DNA of 64,000 nt from Antedon mediterranea (taxonomy: Eukaryota; Animalia; Echinodermata), in NCBI RefSeq assembly GCF_964355755.1, contig NC_092670.1, positions 7,368,201 to 7,432,200 of the forward strand, written 5' to 3'. A model generated the notes under the pieces. It did no database searches, was not told where the DNA came from, and was given only the letters and a program-made list of their open reading frames with translations. Each line of letters opens with the position of its first letter. Within the stretch, counting starts at the first letter, position 1. Below, piece by piece: positions 12,001 to 24,000 of this stretch. The position numbers and the translations under genes were made by a program.

Positions 12001-15000
12001 CCTCACTTGTTCAATTGGCATTATGCTAGAGAGGATTATTAGGTAATTGAAGTGTTTGTCAGATCGACAACCACAACTATGCATAATAAATGCAAAGAGA
12101 TACACTTCACATATACTGTGATACATTAGTACTAATGCATTCCATGTGACCAACAATCATCCAATCAAATGGCAGGAATTAATTTAGATGTTATGTAATA
12201 CTAAAACTGAAATGGACCAAATACTTAACATTCTATCTGTGCTGTATTTCTTAGTTCTACTCCACAAGCATTATATTAATTTTTTATTTAGTTTATAAAT
12301 ACATGTATCTACTTACATCTTTTTCATTGTATTTAACTATTGGTAGACTGATCATTTTAGCCCCATGTTCCTTTGGTAATATTGAGTTGAAAGCAGCAGC
12401 ACAAAAGGTTTCCATCGAGTCATAAGCACCCATATCATCAGCTGAAAAACAAACACAAAATAATGAATGCACATAATTAAGTAACAAGTGTAAGATTGAG
12501 CAAAGGAATGAGACTCATGCTTTAAATAAGGTTTAAGTTTAAGACTCTGTCCTTAAAGCTCTGTCTACACTATCAAACTAGTTTAAAAAAAAGTGTGATG
12601 TGCCCAAATATGGTAGTGATATTACATCAACACATCTATTATGAGCACATCAAATTTGTTGTCAGTTTGATAGTGTAGACAAGGCTTTAAAGATGCATCC
12701 TCAAACTTCTATTATGAATCATTTTCCATACAGTTTCAATAATCATTAAATAGAAAAAGCATTTTCTGGATAATTACAATATATATTCTGTAATAACTGT
12801 CTAGACATTAAATCTTGTTTTTGTGAATATGTCAATGTGACAATACAATAACAACTGTGTTTATACTAGATGGAGAAAATTGTTATTGACACTTGGTTAC
12901 AAAAATACAACACTAAAAAAAAAAATAATAAATTTAGCTTTTAGGAATTGAAAGTAATAATTGGCAAAATGCAGAAAGACAGAGGACATGTTATTTAATA
13001 TCTAAGCAAGTTCCGTCAGAGCTTCTGCAGATGGATTTATGAATGAATTGAGGCCATCATCACTTTTAATCAGGCTTATACCTACACGACCTTCAACAAA
13101 ATACTATGGACAATCTCAATCAGGAAAGCTGAATCACTCACCACATTCAAAGAACTCGTCAAATCACACCTTTTTAATTTGCACTTTCCTCATTCCTCTT
13201 TTACTAATATTTTCTATTTATTGTTCAGCGCTTAGAAACGACCTGCATTTTATGCTATATTAAATTGACCATTATTATTAATATTACAATTTTGTGAGAT
13301 CACTACGGTCAGATAGCTTGAGACTTACTATTTAAGTCAAGGAAGAGTACAGGCACATGAGTTTCCATGCCAGCTGGTGGATGCCAGCTGGCCACAGCAC
13401 CTGGAATGCCACTACCATGAGCCGGCACCAACACGGCATTACGCTCTTCCGTTAATGATACCCATTGGTTGATTAAACTTGCTTCCCTTTCCATGTCTTG
13501 CTCGGTTTTTCCAGCTGAAAAGAGAGGGAATTATATTTCAAGACATTTCAAAATTGTTTACACTTTTCTACATTGACTAAATTTAGAAATCGTTCATATT
13601 ACATCACACTTTTGTTTATCTTTTTACATTGTATTTTATAAATGGTAATAAACAATTTTGTTTTAATAATCACATTTTTTGTAAAAGATAATAAAAACTA
13701 GATGACATTTTTTTTAAACATTTTTCTTTTTTCCAGTAAAGAAGCATGACACTTTAGATTTTCTTTTCATCTCGCTGCTGAGTTAATTGTATTGCTGACA
13801 ATAGACAGTATGATATAACTTAACAATGATAATTTAGCACATTAGAGCTTTTGGCTATATATTTTCTTGATGAAAGAATTTCTAAAAATAAGATATATCA
13901 TTTTACATACAAAAAGAAGCTAATATGGCTGTTATATGATAGTATACACATCTACAATATTGAGATTTAAATGGGCAATAATGAGTACTGACATATATTA
14001 ATATTATATTCTGATAAAAAACACATTATATGAATGAACTGTATGAAAAAATCATTATAACCTAAATGCAAAACACATATCCAATACCAAAAATTAATTG
14101 GCAATATCGGATAACCAACAGGAATAAGATTGATTTTCTTGTTATGATGCTATAGGTAGAGCAATGACCGAGTAAGGATTTGAACCTAAAACCTTGGTAG
14201 TATGTTAACCACTACTATATATAGCTTTAGCAACTCCACCACTTAGTATTTTTTATCTATTTATTATGATAATTACAAATAGATCAATTATTATCATCAA
14301 TTGAAAAAAAGAAAAACAATATTTAGGAAAAAATTTAGTTAAACACTGATTTTCTAACTGTTGATAACCATGAATTAATTAACCAAAAAATTGATATTAT
14401 TAAAAACTTGAAAAATTGTATTCATCTAATGATTATGATATCAATGTGACCTCCTCTATCTTTATTATCGTTCACTTTGACTACATTTCTAAGCTCATGG
14501 TTGCAAAATCTGAATCAGAAAAAAAATTACTCCTCCACAATGTAAGTCATACATTGTGATGAAGCACTAAACATTAATGCCCAGTACCATCATGTGTTTT
14601 TAGATATATATTCTGCATTAGTTAGGATGATTATACATACATGTAAATGTGATGTACAGTAGTTGTTATTATTCTACATGTATGATTATGATAAATTTAT
14701 GACATTGTTTTAGTATATAATTGGCACAAAGCTTCTTTAATAATTTGAGGCAACGAAAGGCATTTACAAGTTCTAAACACCTTAGGCTTTTATTACGGAT
14801 TTTATTAGGATTATACCAGATGCAATTAGTATAACAAAATGGCTACCCAGAAATGTTGGTTAGAAAGAGGTATATAAACAATATAGAAATAGGTCTCAAG
14901 ACAGAAAGAGGTTACAACATTGAAAGAGGTCGCAGAGCATAGACAGAGGTCACAACAAAGAAAGAAGTTACAACATAGAAAGAGTTCACAACATAGAAAG

Positions 15001-18000
15001 AGGTTACAACACAGAAGGTTACAACATAGAAAGAGGTCAAAACACAGAAAGAGTTCACAACATAGAAAGAGGTTACAACACAGAAGGTTACAACATAGAA
15101 AGAGGTCAAAACACAGAAAGAGGTCACAACATAGAAAGAGGTCACAACACAGAAAGAGGTCACAACATAGAAGGTTACAACATAGAAAGAGGTCACAACA
15201 TAGAAAGAGGTCACAGAGCATAGACAGAGGTCACAACATAGAAAGAAGTTACAACATAGAAAGAAGTTACAACATAGAAATAAGTTAGAACGCAGGAGGT
15301 TACAACATAGAAAGAGGTCACAACACAGAAAGAGGTCACAACATAGAAAGAGGTCACAGCACAGAAAGAAGTCACAACAAGGTCACAATACAGAATGACT
15401 TTTAAAATGCATAACAAAGAGGTCAAGGCACATAGAAAGGTCATAGCATTGAAAGAGGTCACAAAATAGAAATGTCATTAAATAAAACGACATCATAACA
15501 TTAGTGTATTATGATACACACATGGAAACATGAATAGCATACATGAGAATTTGTTAATTTTGGACATGAAACCTTTAATAAATCTATATTATTTGCATGT
15601 TGTGTTTCAAGTATCACTTTACCAACTTTGCGGCGACGACGTTTCTTTTCCTGTATAAGTCTTCGAATAAACTCTGTAAATTTATGTTTACTATGGTTAT
15701 TTCTAGAACAATAGATTGTTATGTGTAAACACATAACTAATAAAAGTTTGGCACAATTGGCTTCTAAGCAAGCACATGTGTTACACTTTTACATTTTTAA
15801 CAGTATTACTAAACATTTAAAAGTACAGTATATATAAAGTATACACACTCAAAATCAAAATATATTTAAACAATAAAAATCATTAATTGATAAAAGCTAC
15901 AACAAATCATAAACAATCAATCAATAACACTTAGTTTCCATCATAACAAACATAAAACACATAATGATGGCACATTTACAATAACACAAAGAGCAAACCT
16001 TGAAAAAAGTCAACCTAAACACATTTTGCTGTATCTTGTATAGATATACATACCTTTTTTGTTGATGATTTTATGTATTTGTTCATCTAAGTGTTCTCGT
16101 CGTTTCATCAGTGCCTCCGACCACCTGTCTCTAAGTTTATTCAAATCACCATCTTGATAGCTGTCCAACGCTTTTTGTAATTTTGATCGGTTAGTAATAC
16201 TACCTATGGATACTGCTGTGATAGCCTCGCATATTATGGGTAGTGTTCCAGAATTCTGTACTGGTTGTACCCAAACTTTCACTCTCCTAGACTGACCCTA
16301 AAAACAGATTGATAAGAAATGAGGCAACAACTACATTTGTTTTAAGATTACAAACACTGTCCATAGATACAATGCTGATTGAGTCAGTACTGTTTGTGTG
16401 TATGAAGTATAGTTTTATAACTTGGTAATTGCAATATACTAATTACCTGTCTAAGTTGGAAGACACCACCTGATAGGATATCTGGTCTTTGTGTGCACTC
16501 AACCGAAACATAATCACCCTGTTCATTTAATTCCTGAATCTCAACCCACATCTCTACTTTGTGTGTAAGTTCTTTCCATCTAATTAAAAAAAAAGAAATA
16601 GAACTTGGAAGAGTTAATTGTGAATGAAGAATTTGGGAGTGTAAAGGTAGGCTTAGGTAGGCTTACAGTATGTGACCTTTCAACTGAGTGGCGTTTCTTT
16701 CAGTTCCACATCGAAAATAAGCCCACTAGAATCTATCCAGGGAATAAAACTGTGATGCCCAAATAGTCACTTTCAGAATAAATTAAACGAAAAAAGTCTC
16801 TACCTGTCAGCTAAAGATCTTGACTTCGCATGGATATTTTCCATTTGCCAGCCTGCATTGCTTCCAGAGAAAACTTCCGTTCCTGAGCTGCGATGGCCCC
16901 AGACTTCAACGGCTAACGATCCCTCCAGTGCATGCTCTACAAACTCCTCAGATACATTGACTGTAAACTCCTAAAATAAATGAAATAACCTTATATATAA
17001 GTAGTATTTTTCTAATGCTTGGTTCACACTAGCAACGCAACATAACACAACGAAAGAAAATGCCCTTCCCATAATTGTGTTTTCCCCCGCCTGCATGAAA
17101 TCAAACTTGCTATGTTTGCAGGATTGTTGCGTCGTTGGTTCCCACTTGTGATTATGCAATACAGCACTTTACTTTACTTTACGTCGATACGTCGTTGCCT
17201 TGCGTCCTAGTGGGAACCACGCTTAAATAATTCACCCGAATTGCTCTACATATCCTTGCAGTGTAAATATCTGTACATACTCTATTTGCCCAATTGTTGT
17301 AGTTGTTCCAGTCAACATTTTGAAAGGTGTAAACAAAAATTAGAAAGAAAAGAAATTTGCACCGCTCTTTTGCCTTTTTCTTCTAACACTCCTGTTCAGT
17401 ATCCGATTTAAAATGTTAAACATCTTACCCTAGTGTGGTTAAACTTGACCTTGCGTTGTGAATCTTTTGATCTTCTACGTGGAAGTACAAAATCGTCAGT
17501 GTCTGGTCCAATCAATGGTGGTACAACCATCGGACCATCCTGACCCCAAAATGTATACTGGCAGAATACAAAATGGGCTAAGCTAAGAGGAAGTTCTGAG
17601 GCATTCACTATTTTTATCTGTAAATGTCAAATGAAATTATTAGTTAATTATTAGTCTAATCTAATGAATACCAAAATAGAAATGAGAAAAGTTATTTTAA
17701 ATTTATGACTACAGATAAGTCATCTGGAGATTGTGGCTTCAAGTAAAACCATCAGATCAAGAGGAACAATGAAAAAGAAAGGACTTGCAACGACCTAAAG
17801 ATCAAAGGACAATTTGATGCACCAATCTATGCTGAAGCACTACTACCTAAAAAATATATTTGAAACCAATGTCATCAGGAGGGAGCTTAACGGCGCATAC
17901 ACACAGTATGATTTTGTTTATTTTTGTAAAATTATAGGTGGTGTGCATGGTGGCAAAAGACATTGTACCAGTGACCTGAGATTTGTTCTCTTCTCTACGG

Positions 18001-21000
18001 TATTGAGTACATGTCCATGAAATTTACGACTTGGTGTAAATGCTAAAAATGTTTTTATAAGATTTTGTATAAATTACAAGGGTAAGTTAAGTTGTTAAAG
18101 CACAAAGGCAGGATGAAGGGTTGAAGAAGTTGGATAATTGAAAGAGGAACATGGCAATCCTTCAAAAGAAGAAAGCTGAATATGTAATGAAAACTATTAC
18201 TTACCCGACAGCATAGTGGCGCTCCAACAGCTAGTCCTTCAACTTCATTTTCTCCAACCACCTCAAATCCACTCTCACTCTCATTACTACCTAGAGGTTC
18301 CACATCTGGTTTCTCATATACTGGAGGGTTGATTCTTTGTAATTCTACATGTAATCTACCAGCAACCTATAAACAAATAAAAATTATACAGTTTAATAGG
18401 GTAAATTTCCATTTCACTGCACACCACCAGGTGTGGTGTTGTGCAGCATGGTAGAGCTATCCAGATCGAGGGTTATCTTGCAGACTAGTTCCTTATCTAG
18501 ATTACAGTTAACTGATTTTACAGTAAATAAAAGCAGAAAATCCACAACTTGTCCAAGCTGGATTTGCAAACAAGTTGTCCAAACTATTATTAGGCAACTG
18601 AGTTCAAACTGACCTCTCCTTGTTGGTTGATGATTGGTGCTGGATACTCTAACTTGACATCATGAAACAGTACTTCAAGGAATATATTGGCAACGCCAAT
18701 TAGATTATGGTTTTCTTGATATTCATAAAATGGATCCACTTTGTCTTCATCATCCTAAAAAATAAATGAGTAGGTTTCAAAAATTAAGACTCTAACTTTG
18801 GTGATAACAGTTGAACTCATCCTTGATACAATTAAGGGACATATTAGCACATTTGACAATACTGTACTTATTAATGCAACTATATCATTTTGTCTTGCAT
18901 TAGGAGTCCATAAAACATGATTGCATTTTGCTATTATCTAAGCATGGTGCACATGTATGTATCTATGCATGTTAAACAAGTAGTGGAGCTATTTAGCTTT
19001 GTGGCTAACATGCTTGCCTTCCAATCCCAAGGTCCAGTGTTCAATCCTGACCAAGTGCCAAAATTATAACAATTCTTTCAACTCCACTAAGCCTCAAATG
19101 AGACTTAGTTTATAAGCAAGGTAACTTATAAAACAGTATACATCCTGTAATTGGAGAGTTAAAACTGCCATAGGATTCCATAATTATGTATTTTAAATAA
19201 TCATTTTATAGCCCAATACCTACTGTAGTATCCCTCTAAACTGGTACAATATTTAAAATCGTAGATCAGCATGCAACATTAACACAACTACTCTAACACA
19301 AAAATACATATTCAATTGAAAGTGTCAAGCTCTAATATGTTTTTCACAATGTTACAAACTCTCCCCACCACTTATACCATATCGTATTACATACAGATAT
19401 GCAATATCCTTATTAACACCACATTAAATTACATGTATTTGTGCTTGAATATCACCCATGCACAAACCAAGTGGATGGTCTAGTGTAGAGAAATAGTTCC
19501 ATGCTTCTAATACGGTATGTTACACCAGGTATTACTATTAAAATGTATTCAGAACATTTTAAATGGCATTATTTGAATAGTATGTATTTGTATTTTGTAT
19601 TTGCACAGCCAGGGAATAACATTTGATCTGATCCTCTGTGGTTAAATATAGTTGAATTGAAAAAACGAATTCAATTTTAAAATTGTACTTAATCTGTATA
19701 AACTATTCCAACTGCAGTATTAGAAAATTATTACTTTTTTACTTTTTATTTATTTATTTATATTTTTTTTTTAATTTAAACTTTACTTCTTAAATAAATA
19801 ATTCTGTTTGTGTGTGCTGCAGCATTTTAGTAGATCATGCAAATGTTATGAATGAATATTACATATGTAGTGCCATGGTATGGGAGTACATGCGTCCTAT
19901 AAAATACAGTGTTAAATCTAGTACATATATACACCATCTACAACAGTCACTAATAATTCATTGACATTAGTACTTCTGTAAAAATGAATTAATCTAAAGT
20001 AATATATAATAATAATAATAACAATACTCCATGCATCTTATAAAGTAAAATAACTAATATACTGTACAGGCATATACAAGCATAACTGGGAACATTTATA
20101 TCACCTCAATTTGTTCCGACAAATTAGCTCGCGATGAAAACAATGAGTCCTGAACAGCAAATAAGTTAAAGAAAAGAAAACTGTTATAACAAATTAATAA
20201 TTAATAAAAAGAGAACTCAATCAAAAATAATTAGAGAAATAAAATATAAAAAAAAAATTTTGCTATGAAATCAATTACAAAACATTTTAAACTAGAACAG
20301 CATGCAAGTTTTCAATTGGTAAGACATTGTGAAACTTCATTTCAAGTTTAAAACCATTTTTTCCCTGTAATTTATTCAGCAATAACATAATGATCAGAGT
20401 GCATGGGTTCACCATTATTAGTTTGATTAAAGTGTTAAGCTCTGCCTACACTATCAAACTTTATGTGAAAAAAAAAATGTGCCCATTATGAAAATGATGA
20501 TTTCATGACTACCATATTTGGGCATATCACTACCATATTTGGGTACATCCCACTTTTTTTATCAAACTAGTTTGATAGTATAGAAAGAGCTTTAGTTTAG
20601 CAAGTCAGTGCACTAATGTAACTTATAGTGAACAGTATTAATATCTGCTATCAATAATAAAGTGCACAAACGTGTCTTATTAGGAGACTTACTAAAGCAT
20701 GACCAAACCCAATTTTTTAATACATCTAAACATAGAGGGAACTATTAGGAAAATCAAAATGCCAGCTGCCTTCTAAAGTATTTTTTGCACTGTTAACTAA
20801 CCTTTTTAATTAAACATGGTATTACCCTAAAATACAGTAGTAAATGTTTACACTATTGATGTGTGTTTTTGTATATCTTAAACAATTAGGACAAATTGCG
20901 AGGGACGAGAGGTCACTCGAAATTATGGGAAACTCCCACAATCATTGGGAGACTTTAGAGGTTAGTTCACCACAATTACAGCTTTTGTTACTACTCAAAA

Positions 21001-24000
21001 CCTGAAATGAAGATAATGACAGAAAAGCAACCTGGAGTAGATAACTTGTTATACATTTTTTGATGATGTGCAGAGACATTTATATATTAACTTGGTGAAC
21101 TGGGTGAACTGGCTCAACTACAGTGATTTAGTTTACTTAGGTTGATCCTGGTTTCCGAAATGTTCATTTTTTACTACTGAAAAGGACCAAATAAATAATG
21201 TAATGAAATAATAAGAATAACAACTAAAGTATTACCTAAAATTCTTGATTTAACGAGGTAATTTTCAACAAGTAAATAATCACAAAACTACACTTAACTA
21301 CCATAATAAAACATAGATAGACTCACCAAAACAACAAAAAACAAAAATGACTCACTAACTATTAAGCATGCTAATCTACTCTTCCACCTCAAAGCATTAA
21401 TAACTATTCTAAGAAAAATTTATCACTAATCCAGTAATTTTATATAATATAGTTACACAGCAAAAGAATATTTACTCTAATCAAACACTAAAAGCTACTA
21501 ATACTATATCATTTAAAAATTGATCAATCCAAATAAGTATAATAAATTATTATTAATTCAAAACTATAAATAGAAATTAATTTCAGCAAAGCAAATTACC
21601 CAAAACTAATCAAAGACTAAAATATAATTATCTAATTAATCTAGCACATAATACTACGTCTACTACCACTTTTCTAAAGCAATCAATTTTTCTCAGCAAA
21701 GCAATTATTAACTTTTTTTTTTAAATGGGGTCTTATTAGGCTGCAACAAATCTCATAACAGCACGCATGCAGAAAATAACTGCTCTGTATAAAACAGAAA
21801 GTCTTATTTCATAGCATGTTCAGTTTTGCATTTCATTACCATGTGGAGTAAAAAAGAAATGAATGAATTGTTTCCTTTTTTAATTTATGGACAAATCACT
21901 ATATTAACCAAATATTAGGAAAAATAGCTATCCATCTGGTTAAAAGCAAAAAGAACAACAATAAGAAAACAAAAAGAACTTTATTTCAAATCAAGCACAA
22001 AAAAAAAGAAAAAAAAAACAGAACAGGAAGGTTAGTTCAAAGTTCACCTGAGATTCAAAGAACGACATCTTGCGTAAGGGATGCATTATACCATCCTCTT
22101 CCTAAAATGTAAAAATGATTCACGAATATTAAATACATAGAGTGAATGACTTAATTGGCCAATGATTTCATGAATATGCATTAGTGCGAACCTTATGAAT
22201 ATTAATAAGTAATGAGTATATAAAGGGGATGCACCTCTTTAGAAATGATTCATGAATATTAAGTTAAATAGTAAATGAGTTATTGTTATTGGCCAAAGTT
22301 CAGATGAATATGCATTTAGCATGTGAAAAACATGAATATGTATTAGATAATTTGCAATAGATAATTTGTGAATTATTAGTACGTATAATCTGTTATATAA
22401 GACAATATGAATTTTGTAATTAATGTTATTATTTATTTGTATTCATCTATTCTTTACTTGTTTATATTTATTTTATTTACATATATTTTGTATGTTATTG
22501 TAAGGTTATGAGAGCGATTGTGCTTGTAATTAATCTTTGCAAGGACCAAATAAATCTGAATCTGTTTCTATACAATTAAGATTTTGTTGAAAATGAACAT
22601 CAAGCTCACTATGGTATTTTTGTCAAATTAATAAGGGAAATATAAACCAAATTTGAAGGAACCGATATTTAATGTCAGCAGTAAGTATCTGCAAATGTCT
22701 ATGTAATATGTAAAGGTGTAAATAATAATTTAAAACCTGAAGTTTGTCTTATAACCAGGAATATACAGTAATATTGTGATATGAAAATGATAAGATATTA
22801 ATAAAAAAATTAGTAAATTTTAATAATACATAATATAATAATCTAAAAAAAAAAACAAATGAAATTTAGATTAATAAATGTATTTATTAAACTGAAAATA
22901 CAAAATAGAGAAAGTGATCAAACAGTATGGAAACAAATTTAACGACTTGCAAAAACAGTTATGAAAAATATGACTTTTATAAACCGTTTTTTTGTATAAA
23001 CTGCTTTTTAAATATCTAAACCTGCTGAAAGCAGCATTCTGATAGCTTCCCAAAACCATGACAAATTCTGAATTATATATCTAGACACAGAATGTTGGTT
23101 TTAGCCTTCCTGGGAGATTAAGTATTTCTGCTTCATAGAGTGGTGTTCTCATAGTGTGGTGTATAGTACAAAGATCAAATGGCTGAGCGGATAAGGTAGG
23201 GGCGCTATTTATCCTAAAGAGCCATCAGCATGGGTTTGAGGTCGACTCATTTCTAGTTCTGGTAGTGGAAGTCTTCTCGCATAAGGATTAATAAACCATA
23301 GGTCCAGTATACACGGTTTGTCCATGTGTACTTTATAAATAAACCTAGTTGATCATCATTAGTGTCGAGTGGATACCTCTGTGTGGATGGTATTACCACC
23401 TATTTGATAGGACATCAATTAATTTACTATCAGTAATCCTTGATCATGTTCCTAAAGATTTAAATAAAAATTAAAAGAAAGTCCCTAAAAACTTTACATA
23501 AATTTTCTTTTTTTTGTTGTATTTTATCTGAAATAACATTACCTTGTGGTATTTTTCTTTCTTTTCTCCATATAACTCTCTCATGTCTACAATCTTATTT
23601 TCTAGTTTCTCAACAGACCATACTTGTGTTCCTCTTCCCTTTCTCTTTACTTTGATGGCAGGTTCACTAACTAAAACACCTCTCTAAAATTGTAGATAAA
23701 AAAGGTTAAACATTTTTTAAGTTTCAGTGCCACAAGAAATTAAGTGGTGCAGTGGTCACAACATAAAGGGAACAATTTCCTGGATTGTCAAAGGCCTGTC
23801 AAAAAATGATCACGAGCGATCATTCATAACAGTGCATAAAAAATATATTGAGGTTCCCGTATATTATGAATGGGGAATTGGTTATGTCTTTAATGTACAT
23901 ACAGAAATAAGCTTTAATTGGTATATGGGCGAAAAGTTTCATATTTTATTTCACATGTTAGGCTACTGTATGTCTATGATTATATCTGCAGGTGCTTAGC

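Noticed and set aside
14826-15462. Cys-rich, VVTSF and QHRKRS repeat ORFs
   Set aside because: Translations of an 18/15-bp minisatellite inside a KIF13 intron; no gene structure.
14900-15470. CRISPR-like array
   Set aside because: No unique spacers, no cas genes, eukaryotic context.
21356-21358. 3-nt microexon TTA (taatAG|TTA|GTGAGT)
   Set aside because: Upstream is AG-rich with no pyrimidine tract; plausible by chance in a UAG-rich block.
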